Origin: Candidatus Omnitrophota bacterium
GTDB lineage: Bacteria > Omnitrophota > Gorgyraeia > Zapsychrales > Fredricksoniimonadaceae
Length of the DNA stretch: 64,000 nucleotides
Reading direction: 5' to 3'
NCBI GenBank assembly: GCA_015232565.1
Contig: JADFZK010000002.1
Location: forward strand, 57 to 64,056
Of this stretch, positions 9,124-18,388 are shown one piece after another. A program made the position numbers and the translations under genes. The stretch's first letter is position 1, and the number at the start of each line of letters is the position of its first letter. The notes beneath the pieces are model-generated. The model saw only the letters and a program-made list of their open reading frames with translations. It searched no databases and was not told the DNA's origin.

Positions 9124-10116
9124 ATGGATGCCGGTATAGCAATGATCAATGAACTGGTTAAAAAAGAAAGTTCTTTTGTTTCGGCTTTGATGCTGGAAGC
9201 CCAGAAAGTGATTGTTGGGCAGAAATATTTGCTGGAACGTTTGATCGTGGGTTTATTGGCCGATGGTCATGTTTTGGTAGAAGGTGTGCCGGGCCTGGCC
9301 AAGACCACAGCTGTAAAAACACTGGCGGATACTTTGCAGTGTCGTTTTCAGCGTATTCAGTTTACCCCCGACATGCTGCCGGCTGACCTTATTGGTACTC
9401 TTATTTATGATCAGAACACCCGTTCTTTTTCTGTTAAGAAAGGTCCGGTATTTTCCAACATTATCCTCGCCGACGAGATCAATCGCGCTCCGGCCAAGGT
9501 GCAGAGCGCTTTGCTGGAAGCTATGCAGGAGCGGCAGGTTACTATTGGTGACAGTACAATGAAACTTGACTCTCCGTTCCTGGTGATGGCTACCCAGAAT
9601 CCGATAGAACAAGAAGGAACTTATCCTTTGCCCGAGGCTCAGGTGGACCGTTTTATGCTTAAAGTCAAGGTTACTTATCCTTCCAAGGCGGAGGAATTGC
9701 TGATCTTAAAACGGATGGCTTCCACGCAAAGGTCTTCGGCGGTAAATCGGGTCGTAACACCGGAAGACATCCTTAATGCGCGTAAGGTGGTGGACCAGAT
9801 CTATATGGATGAAAAGATCGAGCAGTACATAGTGGATATTGTTTCTGCTACCCGCTCACCGGAAAATTACCATTTGGCGGACCTTAAGCCTCTTATTCAA
9901 TACGGTGCTTCTCCGCGGGCTACCATCAGTCTGGCGTTGGCTTCCAAAGCTTATGCTTTTCTTAATGGCCGCGGTTATGTTACCCCGCAGGATGTAAAAT
10001 CAATAGGTATGGACGTATTGCGTCACAGGGTGGTGCCAACATATGAAGCCGAAGCCGAGAACAAATCTTCGGAAGACCTGGTAACGAGGATATTTCAGGA
10101 AGTCAAGGTTCCTTGA
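9124..10116 (+). CDS. MoxR-family AAA+ ATPase (BatI-like)
   Basis: Walker A 'GVPGLAKT', Walker B 'ILADEINRA', sensor 'ATQNP'. Confidence 0.9.
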   Translation: MDAGIAMINELVKKESSFVSALMLEAQKVIVGQKYLLERLIVGLLADGHVLVEGVPGLAKTTAVKTLADTLQCRFQRIQFTPDMLPADLIGTLIYDQNTRSFSVKKGPVFSNIILADEINRAPAKVQSALLEAMQERQVTIGDSTMKLDSPFLVMATQNPIEQEGTYPLPEAQVDRFMLKVKVTYPSKAEELLILKRMASTQRSSAVNRVVTPEDILNARKVVDQIYMDEKIEQYIVDIVSATRSPENYHLADLKPLIQYGASPRATISLALASKAYAFLNGRGYVTPQDVKSIGMDVLRHRVVPTYEAEAENKSSEDLVTRIFQEVKVP

Positions 10117-10122
10117 TGTTAT

Positions 10123-11040
10123 ATGATACCAAAAGAGATACTTGAAAACGTTCGCCGGATCGAAATTACCACCAACCGCCTGGTTACGGATGTGTTTGGC
10201 GGGCAGTACGAGAGTGTTTTTAAAGGCCGTGGTATCGAGTTCGACGAAGTACGTGAATACCAACCCGGAGACGACGTGCGTTCCATCGACTGGAATGTAA
10301 CAGCCCGTACCGGGGTTCCCCACATAAAGAAGTTCGTAGAAGAGCGTGAAATGACCGTGATGGTGCTGGTGGATGCCTCGCGTTCCTGCCGCTTTGCGAC
10401 AGTGCGGCAGTTAAAAAGCCGCCTGGCGGCGGAAGTGGCTGCGGTGCTGGCTTTCTCGGCCATTCGTAACAGCGACAAGATCGGGTTGATCTTTTTTACT
10501 GATGAGGTCGAGAAATTCATTCCGCCGCGCAAGGGCCGCAGTCATGTGTTGCGCCTGATCCGGGAGATCCTTTGTTTTGAACCAAAAGCCCGGGGTACCG
10601 ACATCGCGGCGGCCATGGAATTCATGAGCCGGGTTACCACGCGCAAAGCGGTTACTTTTATTATCTCGGACTTTGTCGAGCCGGCGATCTTTTCCGGCGA
10701 CAATGCCGGGAATGGCGAGCCGCGTTATACCAAAGCTTTGGCGGCGGCCAACAAGCGGCACGATGTAATAGCGATCACTCTTAATGACCCCCGGGAAATG
10801 AATTTACCTGATTGCGGCTTGCTGGAGTTGGAAGACGCCGAGTCCGGGCGTTCTTTTACGGTGGATAGTTCCGACCGGAGTGTGCGCGAGGAATATGCCG
10901 CTCGTAATATAAAAAGGGTCGAGCGCCGTGCGCGTTTATTCCGTAAATTGAATATGGACCATATTGATGTGTCAACTGAAGGGTCTTTTGCCGACCATCT
11001 GGTGCGGTTCTTTGCCATGAGAAGAAAGAGGGCAAGGTGA
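10123..11040 (+). CDS. DUF58 protein (MoxR partner with VWA-like fold)
   Basis: 'EFDEVREYQPGDDVRSIDWNVTAR' DUF58 signature. Confidence 0.85.
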   Translation: MIPKEILENVRRIEITTNRLVTDVFGGQYESVFKGRGIEFDEVREYQPGDDVRSIDWNVTARTGVPHIKKFVEEREMTVMVLVDASRSCRFATVRQLKSRLAAEVAAVLAFSAIRNSDKIGLIFFTDEVEKFIPPRKGRSHVLRLIREILCFEPKARGTDIAAAMEFMSRVTTRKAVTFIISDFVEPAIFSGDNAGNGEPRYTKALAAANKRHDVIAITLNDPREMNLPDCGLLELEDAESGRSFTVDSSDRSVREEYAARNIKRVERRARLFRKLNMDHIDVSTEGSFADHLVRFFAMRRKRAR

Positions 11041-11588
11041 AGGCTACTGGATTAATAGACATACGCGGACCGGTGGAAATTCCCGGTGATTGGTGGTGGT
11101 TGCTTTTAACTGCCGTGGGAGTGCTTCTGCTGGGTTTGGTTTGGCTGTTAGTTAAGTTTCTGGCCCGGAAAGCCGCGCGGCCTGCTTTTGTACCACCGCC
11201 TATTCCACCGTGGGAGAAGGCTTTGGCCGAGATCGCGCTTCTCGCTGGTCAGAACCCGGCCGGAATTGAGCAGATCAAACAGTTTTACTTTTCTTTATCC
11301 GACATTATTCGTCAGTATATTGAAGCGCGGTTTTGTATTCGCGCCCCGGAAATGACCACCGAAGAATTTATGGAACGGGTGCGTTATGCTCCAGAGCTTT
11401 CGGCCATCCAACAAGAGTTCCTTAACAATTTTCTGCAAGTCTGCGACATGGTAAAGTTTGCGCGTTTTGAGCCGTCCGGCCGCGACCGTTCCGATGCGCT
11501 CCTGGCGGCTCGTCGTTTTGTAGAAGGTACCCGGCCGGTCTTACTGGAGGTTCCTCCAACTTCAACACTAAGCGGGGGGAAGGCATGA
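11037..11588 (+). CDS. DUF4381-like membrane protein of the Bat operon
   Basis: Single TM 'WWWLLLTAVGVLLLGLVWLLV' followed by a Pro-rich linker; canonical position between the DUF58 protein and batA. Confidence 0.6.
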   Translation: MKATGLIDIRGPVEIPGDWWWLLLTAVGVLLLGLVWLLVKFLARKAARPAFVPPPIPPWEKALAEIALLAGQNPAGIEQIKQFYFSLSDIIRQYIEARFCIRAPEMTTEEFMERVRYAPELSAIQQEFLNNFLQVCDMVKFARFEPSGRDRSDALLAARRFVEGTRPVLLEVPPTSTLSGGKA

Positions 11589-12580
11589 TCTTTAAAACCC
11601 CCTGGATCCTGGCGCTTATTCCCTTTGTGCTGTTTGCGGTGATCTTTTTTACCTGGCGGTCTCGCCGGCCGGCCTTTCGATTCTCGTCTGGTTCACTGGT
11701 GGATGGGTTAAAGGTTTCCTGGCGGGTACGTTTGCAGAGGTTACCTTTTTTTCTAAGGTTAATAACTATAATCCTGTTCTTGATCGCGTTGGCCGGTCCC
11801 CGGAGTCCGCTGGGCGAGACCAAACATCAGGCGTTGGGCATCAATATTGTGCTGGTGATGGATGTTTCTACCAGTATGGCCGCCGAGGATTTTACTTTAA
11901 ACAATAAGCGGGCCAGCCGGTTGGATGTGGTCAAGAATGTTTTACGTGATTTCATCCATAAAAGAAATGCGGATCGTTTAGGTTTGATCGCCTTTGGGTC
12001 CCGTCCGTATACTGTGGCGCCGCTAACCACGGATCATGCCTGGCTTATACAAAACCTGGAACGGGTAAAATTCGGCCTGATGGAAGATGGCACCGCGATC
12101 GGTTCGGCGGTGGCTTCCGCAGTTAATCGTTTACGGGATGTTGAGGGGCGTTCGAAAGTGGTGGTTTTGCTTACTGATGGCATCAATAATGCCGGCAAGA
12201 TAGATCCTCTTTCCGCCGCCAAGGCCGCCCAGGCCAAAGGTGTACGGGTTTATACTATCGGGACCGGCAGTCGCGGCCCGGTACCGTATCCTACGGTGGA
12301 TCTTTTTGGCCGGACTGTTTATCAGAATGTGCAGATTGATATTGATGAAGGTGTTTTAAAAGAGATCGCCCGCCTTACTAACGCTTCTTATTTTCGCGCT
12401 ACGGACACCGAGTCTCTAAAGGGGATTTACGACCAGATCGATGCCATGGAAAAAGTGAAATTTGAAGAGGCTGGTTACCGGCAGTACCAGGAGCATTTTG
12501 ATCTGTTCTTACTGGCGGGGTTGTTCTTTCTTATTGTCGAGGTATTGTTAAGCCGCACGATCTTTTTGAGGATCCCTTGA
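11585..12580 (+). CDS. batA: BatA-like VWA domain membrane protein
   Basis: N- and C-terminal TM helices flanking a VWA domain ('VLVMDVSTSM' MIDAS, 'DGTAIG'). Confidence 0.8.
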   Translation: MIFKTPWILALIPFVLFAVIFFTWRSRRPAFRFSSGSLVDGLKVSWRVRLQRLPFFLRLITIILFLIALAGPRSPLGETKHQALGINIVLVMDVSTSMAAEDFTLNNKRASRLDVVKNVLRDFIHKRNADRLGLIAFGSRPYTVAPLTTDHAWLIQNLERVKFGLMEDGTAIGSAVASAVNRLRDVEGRSKVVVLLTDGINNAGKIDPLSAAKAAQAKGVRVYTIGTGSRGPVPYPTVDLFGRTVYQNVQIDIDEGVLKEIARLTNASYFRATDTESLKGIYDQIDAMEKVKFEEAGYRQYQEHFDLFLLAGLFFLIVEVLLSRTIFLRIP

Positions 12581-12581
12581 T

Positions 12582-13583
12582 ATGTTTTCTGCTCCCCAAA
12601 TGTTCAATGCTTTTTTTGCGGTAATATTCATAGCGCTGGTTTTGTACTGGTTGTCAAAAGAGCGCCGGCGCAAGATCTATCGGTTTATCAATAAACAACT
12701 TTTACCAGAGGTAGCGGCCAGCGCTTCGCGTCGCAAGATCATTATCAAGGATGTGGCCATTGTTTTGGTGTTGATATTTTCGGTCCTGGCCCTCGCTCGA
12801 CCCCAATGGGGATTTGAGTGGATGGATGTAAAACGAGAAGGTCTGGATATCTTCATTGCTATCGATGCTTCCAAGAGTATGTTGACGGAAGACGTTAAAC
12901 CCAATCGCCTGGAACGCACTAAACTGGCAGTGAAAGACCTTCTAAAAAAACTTAAGGGCGATCGGGTGGGATTAATAGCGTTTTCGGGCAGTGCGTTTCT
13001 GGCTTGTCCTTTAACTTCCGATTACGGCGGCTTCGGGCTGAGCCTGGATGATATCAACACCGCAACCATTCCGCGCGGAGGCACCGATATCAGCAAGGCT
13101 ATTGCCGAGGCTCTTAAGGGTTATGAAGATGTTCCGGCCCAGTATAAGGTCCTGGTGATCCTGACTGATGGTGAAAATCTGGAGGGCGATCCTTTGCAAA
13201 TGGCCAAGACGGCGGCGCAGCAAAAGATCCGTATATATACTGTCGGAATTGGCACACGGGAGGGCGAGTTGGTCCAGGTGGTAAAAGAGAATGGCGAGCG
13301 GGAATTCATCAAGGATGGCGATGGCAATTTCATTCAATCCCGGCTAAATGAACCCATGTTAAAAGAGCTGGCGGCAGTTACTGGCGGCGCTTACGTGCGC
13401 AGTGGAGGTGCGGAATTCGGCCTGGATTATTTGTACGAGAACCAATTGTCGCGGCTGGAGAAACGCAATATTGAGAGCCGGGTGGAGAAAAAATATCACG
13501 AACATTTTGGGGTTCCGCTGGCGATAGCCTTATTGTTTTTGCTGGCGGAAACACTGCTTTCTGCCAGAAGGAAATATGAGTAA
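12582..13583 (+). CDS. batB: BatB-like VWA domain membrane protein
   Basis: TM helices plus a VWA domain ('FIAIDASKSM', 'GGTDI'). Confidence 0.8.
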   Translation: MFSAPQMFNAFFAVIFIALVLYWLSKERRRKIYRFINKQLLPEVAASASRRKIIIKDVAIVLVLIFSVLALARPQWGFEWMDVKREGLDIFIAIDASKSMLTEDVKPNRLERTKLAVKDLLKKLKGDRVGLIAFSGSAFLACPLTSDYGGFGLSLDDINTATIPRGGTDISKAIAEALKGYEDVPAQYKVLVILTDGENLEGDPLQMAKTAAQQKIRIYTVGIGTREGELVQVVKENGEREFIKDGDGNFIQSRLNEPMLKELAAVTGGAYVRSGGAEFGLDYLYENQLSRLEKRNIESRVEKKYHEHFGVPLAIALLFLLAETLLSARRKYE

Positions 13584-14490
13584 AGACACCTTTTTATTAG
13601 CCCTCTTTCTATTGCTTGGTGTTTCTGTTGCTCTGGCTGATCCTGGTGCATCGGAAGTCCGGGCCGGGAATGCTGCTTACCGCAAAGCTGATTTCAAGTC
13701 CGCTCTCGACAACTACGAAGCCGCGGCGGCCAAGGCCCCGAATGATGCGCGGATCGACTACAATCTCGGCGTTGCCGCTTATAAGAACGGCGATTTCACT
13801 TCGGCTGTCGGGTCATTTAATAAAGCTTTACTGTCTGAAGATCCCCAGCTGGCCCGCAATGCCCGTTACGACCTGGGGAATGCTTTATACATGGCAGGTG
13901 CGGCGAAAGAGGAACAGGACACCGCTGGCGCGATCAAGAACCTGGAAGAAAGTATTGCCAGTTATAACAAGGTCATTCTTGACGATGTAAAAAGTGTCGA
14001 CGCGAAAGGCAATAAAACATTTGTTGAGTCTGAATTGGTAAGGTTACGCAAGAAATTGGAGGAACAAAAGAAACAACAGTCAGATTCGAAACAATGCGAT
14101 CGAAAGAAACCCGCCGATCAGCCGAAACCGGATCAGCAACAAAAGCCTTCGGATCAAGCCCAGAAAGGGCAGGAGGATAAAAAGGACCAACCTCCCGGCC
14201 AGCAGGAGCAGAAAGCCGAGTCTGAAAATAAAGATGCCCAGGATCAAAAAAATACCGCCGATCAGAAGCCCAAAGACGACCAGAAAACCGCTGACCAGCC
14301 CAAGCCGGGAGAAAAGAATTCCCCCGAAGAACCGGCGGCTTCCGCTGGACAAGCCGCGGAAGGTCATATATTATCCCAGGACGAAGCGAACATGTTGCTG
14401 GATGATTTTGCCCAGAATGAACAACCTAAGGGCCTGTTAAAGTTGCAACGGGAAGCGCATCAGGAGCGTGGGGTTGTCAAGGATTGGTGA
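13576..14490 (+). CDS. batC: BatC-like TPR protein with K/Q/D-rich low-complexity tail
   Basis: Signal peptide; TPR repeats ('YNLGVAAYKNGDF', 'YDLGNALYMAG'); roughly 100-aa KQD-rich repetitive segment encoded at about 14040-14360. Confidence 0.7.
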   Translation: MSKDTFLLALFLLLGVSVALADPGASEVRAGNAAYRKADFKSALDNYEAAAAKAPNDARIDYNLGVAAYKNGDFTSAVGSFNKALLSEDPQLARNARYDLGNALYMAGAAKEEQDTAGAIKNLEESIASYNKVILDDVKSVDAKGNKTFVESELVRLRKKLEEQKKQQSDSKQCDRKKPADQPKPDQQQKPSDQAQKGQEDKKDQPPGQQEQKAESENKDAQDQKNTADQKPKDDQKTADQPKPGEKNSPEEPAASAGQAAEGHILSQDEANMLLDDFAQNEQPKGLLKLQREAHQERGVVKDW

Positions 14491-14503
14491 GCCAGGCATA
14501 TTT

Positions 14504-16345
14504 ATGACGAGAATCTATACTACCTATTTACGATCGGCCTTCTTGGCAGTTGTTTTCCTGCTTACAACGGCATTTAGTGTTGTGGCTGAGGATATCTCTT
14601 TTGAAACAGTAATTGATACTGACCGGGTGGTAATGGGCGCGTCAGCCCAGTTAACGCTGACCCTTCATGGTACCCAGGACCTGGCGCAGGTGGTCTTGCC
14701 TCCTCTGGACGGTTTTGAGGCGCGTTTCGTAGGGCCTTCCACCCAGATAAAAGTTGTTAATGGTGAGTATTCTACTGCCAAGTCTTTTAATTACATGCTT
14801 ATTCCTTTGAAGGAAGGCAAATATACGATTCCCGCGATCGCGGTCCAGGTTAAAGGACAGGAATATCAGTCTCGTCCACTTATTGTAGAAGTAGTCCCGG
14901 CCGCTGCAGCGCCCGCCGGCACTGCCGCGCCTGCCGCCAGTCCCGCGGCCGCACCTTTGGATGATACTCAGGCCATCCGTGAACGGGTGCAAATGACCGT
15001 GGCCCTGGCGTCCACAGCGTCGTATGTTTATGAAGAGGTGCCTTTGGTTATCAAGCTTTATGTCAGGGAACTGCCGATCCAGGATATTACTTTACCTCAG
15101 ATCAATCCGGAAGGGTTCATACTTTCCGAATTCTCCCGTCCCAAACAGTATCAGGAAGATGTACAGGGCAAAATGTTTGAAGTCGTGGAATTCAACGCGC
15201 TGTTAACGCCTACCAGAGAGGGCGATATCAGTGTTGGTCCGGCGGTAATCACCGGCAGCCTGCTGATCAAGAACAATGAAAAACGCAATCCCTTTGGCGG
15301 CGGGGTCTTTGATGATGAATTTTTTGCCGGTTTCTTCAACTCATACCAGAAGAAGCCTATTACTATAACAGCGCGGCCGTTAAGCTTAAAGGTCAAGTCA
15401 TTACCTGCCGAAGAAAAGCCTGCGGATTTCTCCGGCGGTGTAGGCTTATTCACGTTTGATGTTACGGCTTCACCGTTAAAAGTGAAAGCGGGAGATCCGG
15501 TAACATTAAGAATGACCGTCAGCGGTACCGGCGATCTGAAAGCGGTCAAGATGCCGGCTTTAAAAGACGAGCGTTTCAAGATCTATGATCCCCAGATCAA
15601 GGCCGTGGCCGGGCAGAAGACCCTTGAGCAGGTGGTGGTGCCTTTAACTCCCGGGACGGCACAGATCCCGGCGATCAATTTTAGTTATTTTGATACTGCG
15701 GCGGGAAAATACACCACTCTTTCCCGCGGTCCGTTCACGGTTGAAGTCCTTCCGATGGATAAGGGCCAGGAATTCCAGGCAGTGGGTTTTGCCGATCGCC
15801 CGATATCGCTGTTGAAAGAAAAGTTCGGCCAGGATATTGTCTTTGTAAAGGATCACCCCGGACGGCTGGTTAATAAAGCCAGCTGGTGGGGCCGTAATGG
15901 CTGGCTATTGCTGGTTATGACCTTATATCTTAATGTTTGGGGTTTGTTTTATGGGATCTACCTTTATCGCCGCAAACTCGTTACTGACCCGGGGTTTGCC
16001 AGACGAAGCGCTGCATTTAGTCAGGCCCGTAAGGAAATGAGCGAACTTAAGCCGCTAATTTTGGAAGGTGGCGCTCGTGAATTCTATGCCCGCTTAGTCA
16101 AGGTCTTAAATAGCTATCTGGAGCATCGGATAAATATACTCCCCGGGAACACTGACCTTACGGCTTTGGAGACCATTTTATTAGAAAGAAAAGTCCCGGC
16201 CGACAAGATCGCTCACCTGAAAGACATTTTTGTTTTGGCCGAAAGGGCCTGTTTTGCGTCGGTCTCGGTAAGTGTACCTGAAATGCAACGCTGTTTCTTT
16301 GATATGGAAGACATTTTGGATGATATTGAGCGGAGGGTAAAATGA
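14504..16345 (+). CDS. batD: BatD-like oxygen-tolerance protein
   Basis: Signal peptide, long extracytoplasmic region, C-terminal TM 'WLLLVMTLYLNVWGLFYGIYLY'; ATG at 14504 preferred over the overlapping upstream start. Confidence 0.7.
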   Translation: MTRIYTTYLRSAFLAVVFLLTTAFSVVAEDISFETVIDTDRVVMGASAQLTLTLHGTQDLAQVVLPPLDGFEARFVGPSTQIKVVNGEYSTAKSFNYMLIPLKEGKYTIPAIAVQVKGQEYQSRPLIVEVVPAAAAPAGTAAPAASPAAAPLDDTQAIRERVQMTVALASTASYVYEEVPLVIKLYVRELPIQDITLPQINPEGFILSEFSRPKQYQEDVQGKMFEVVEFNALLTPTREGDISVGPAVITGSLLIKNNEKRNPFGGGVFDDEFFAGFFNSYQKKPITITARPLSLKVKSLPAEEKPADFSGGVGLFTFDVTASPLKVKAGDPVTLRMTVSGTGDLKAVKMPALKDERFKIYDPQIKAVAGQKTLEQVVVPLTPGTAQIPAINFSYFDTAAGKYTTLSRGPFTVEVLPMDKGQEFQAVGFADRPISLLKEKFGQDIVFVKDHPGRLVNKASWWGRNGWLLLVMTLYLNVWGLFYGIYLYRRKLVTDPGFARRSAAFSQARKEMSELKPLILEGGAREFYARLVKVLNSYLEHRINILPGNTDLTALETILLERKVPADKIAHLKDIFVLAERACFASVSVSVPEMQRCFFDMEDILDDIERRVK

Positions 16346-17085
16346 GGTTTGGGGCTTTGGCGCTAATAATCCTGGCTGTTTTGGCCGGCCCGGTTTTTGC
16401 CGATAAGGGGGAAGACTTTTTTGCCCAGGCAGTAGCTAAATATCAGAAAGCGGATTATACCGCGGCGATTGCGCTTAATGAACGCTTGCTGAAAGAAGCC
16501 GGGGTCGAGAGCCCGGCGGTATATTTCAATTTGGGGAACTGTTATTTCAAGCAGGGACGGCTGGGCCGGGCGATTCTGAATTATCTTAAAGCCCAAAGCC
16601 TGGCGCCCAGGGATGCTGATATTAAAGCGAACCTGGCTTTTGCCCGTCAGGAAGTGGAGCAATATGAAGCCGACAAGCAGGGCAAGGAATCCGGCCGTTG
16701 GAGAGCTTATTTTCGTTCCTTATCGATCAGTGAATTTAAATGGCTGGCGGCAGCGGCCTGGATGCTGACCGGGATAATTTGTTTGGTTACTTTATTTGCC
16801 GGCTGGCCGATGAAAAGAGTTGTTTTGTGCACCGGATCCGCTGCCGTGGTCAGCGCTTATATTTTGATCGCTTTGATCGGGGCATTCCTGGAAGCGTCCG
16901 GCCAGGCCGTGGCGGTTCAGGGTACCGAAGCCCGTTTTGAACCTTCCGAACAAGCTACTGTATATTTCAAGGTTTTCGAAGGCGCGGAGCTGAAAGTTTT
17001 GCGTTACAAAGATGAATGGCTGAAGGTCCAAAGGCAAGACGGGCGGTCGGGCTGGATACCGGCGCAAAAAGCCGGAGTCCTATGA
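16342..17085 (+). CDS. batE: BatE-like TPR plus SH3b domain protein
   Basis: TPR repeats, then a C-terminal SH3b-like region ('WLKVQRQDGRSGWIPA'). Confidence 0.65.
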   Translation: MRFGALALIILAVLAGPVFADKGEDFFAQAVAKYQKADYTAAIALNERLLKEAGVESPAVYFNLGNCYFKQGRLGRAILNYLKAQSLAPRDADIKANLAFARQEVEQYEADKQGKESGRWRAYFRSLSISEFKWLAAAAWMLTGIICLVTLFAGWPMKRVVLCTGSAAVVSAYILIALIGAFLEASGQAVAVQGTEARFEPSEQATVYFKVFEGAELKVLRYKDEWLKVQRQDGRSGWIPAQKAGVL

Positions 17086-17933
17086 TCGCGACTAATGCTG
17101 AGCCTTTTCTGGATCTGATGTTGAATTTTGTTAATGAGGCCGGTGGTATTGCCCTGGACTTTATTAATGCGCGGCAATCCGATCTTAAACCCGATGCTTC
17201 GGTAATTACCGAGGCAGACCTGCGTATTTCTGCTTTGGCGGCAGAAAAACTGGCCCCGCTGATCAAGGCTGGTGGACATGCTCTGATCGATGAAGAAGAC
17301 CCGCGGCGGGGCGATTATCTGGATGATGCTTTTCTGGATCGTCATCCTTTTGTTTGGTCACTGGATCCGATCGATGGCACCCGTTCTTATGCCAATCGTA
17401 TTCCTTATTACGGGGTGTCTATTGGCCTGATCAAGGAACGTGCGCCCTGGCTGGGGGCGGTTTATTTCCCTTCCTTAAAAGAATTGTTCTATTGCGACGG
17501 TACGGCGGCTTATTTTGTGAAGGAGGCCTTTACGCCTCTGGCGACTAAAACCCTGATCGTGCCTTTAGATGAAACCCTCACCGATCGTTCGATCTTTATT
17601 GCTACGGATGATGTTTTTGAGAACTATGGTTGGCAAAAGAAGGAATGCCGGATCATTGTACTGGCGGCGGCGGTTTGTGAATTTTGCTGGCCCGCGATCG
17701 GGCGGGGCTGTGGTTCACTGGCGAAAGTCCATTTATGGGATATGGCAGGTTCCTGGCCGATCTTTCATAAAGCCGGACTGCAACTGCGTTCTTTAACGAC
17801 AGGCCAGTTGCTCGACCGGCTGGAGACCTCGGTGTTTGAGCGCGGGAATACTCCCTGGAAACTTAAAGATCATTATATACTTTCGTCAGAACGGAATTAT
17901 CCCTTATTTAAAGAAAGGCTGGTCAGGCGATGA
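17082..17933 (+). CDS. Inositol monophosphatase family protein (SuhB/CysQ-like)
   Basis: 'WSLDPIDGT' IMPase metal-binding motif; ATGA overlap with the batE stop. Confidence 0.75.
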   Translation: MIATNAEPFLDLMLNFVNEAGGIALDFINARQSDLKPDASVITEADLRISALAAEKLAPLIKAGGHALIDEEDPRRGDYLDDAFLDRHPFVWSLDPIDGTRSYANRIPYYGVSIGLIKERAPWLGAVYFPSLKELFYCDGTAAYFVKEAFTPLATKTLIVPLDETLTDRSIFIATDDVFENYGWQKKECRIIVLAAAVCEFCWPAIGRGCGSLAKVHLWDMAGSWPIFHKAGLQLRSLTTGQLLDRLETSVFERGNTPWKLKDHYILSSERNYPLFKERLVRR

Positions 17934-18388
17934 TCGTGGATACTATTGCTAATCTGGGGCGGTATAATATCCCGTCGCGTAAAGAGATCGCCCGGTATCT
18001 GGCCGGGAAAGAAGCTTTATTGCTTTCAGTGCCCGAACTCGAAATTAATGGCCGGGCTCTTTTTGTCCGTCCCTCGGCTTATGTTACCAGGAACGCCGAG
18101 GAAGGCCGGTTTGAAAGCCACGTTAAATACATGGACCTGCAATATGTTTTTCAGGGTTGTGAGATCATGGAAACGGCTCCAGCCGATGCCCGGGAAGCTT
18201 TAACTGAATATGACCCTAAGGCTGACAATCAGTTTTATAAAGCGGGCAAGGATATTTCGCGTTTTCTGGTGCGGGCGGGGGAGTTCGCGGTTTTCTTTCC
18301 TGGCGAAGCGCACCGTCCGTGTTGTTCCCCGGAAACCGGTGCCTGTGAAGTAAAAAAACTGGTCTTTAAAGTCCTGATCGGAGTTTAG
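17930..18388 (+). CDS. YhcH/YjgK/YiaL (DUF386) family protein
   Basis: About 150 aa with a 'VFFPGEAHRP' beta-sandwich family motif. Confidence 0.6.
   Translation: MIVDTIANLGRYNIPSRKEIARYLAGKEALLLSVPELEINGRALFVRPSAYVTRNAEEGRFESHVKYMDLQYVFQGCEIMETAPADAREALTEYDPKADNQFYKAGKDISRFLVRAGEFAVFFPGEAHRPCCSPETGACEVKKLVFKVLIGV

Noticed and set aside
341-10532. Numerous 60-180-aa antisense or alternate-frame ORFs in the supplied track (for example 341-532, 540-848, 623-928, 967-1450, 4633-5172, 7890-8333, 10119-10532)
   Set aside because: All lie wholly within strongly supported genes on the opposite strand or another frame, lack an RBS and have low-complexity translations. They are treated as shadow ORFs.
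14080-14367. 95-aa minus-strand ORF, plus the + strand ORFs 13616-13990 and 14234-14440, inside batC
   Set aside because: These lie entirely within the compositionally biased batC coding region. Their Arg/Leu/Gly-rich translations are typical out-of-frame artefacts of a K/Q/D-rich repeat, with no RBS or independent support.
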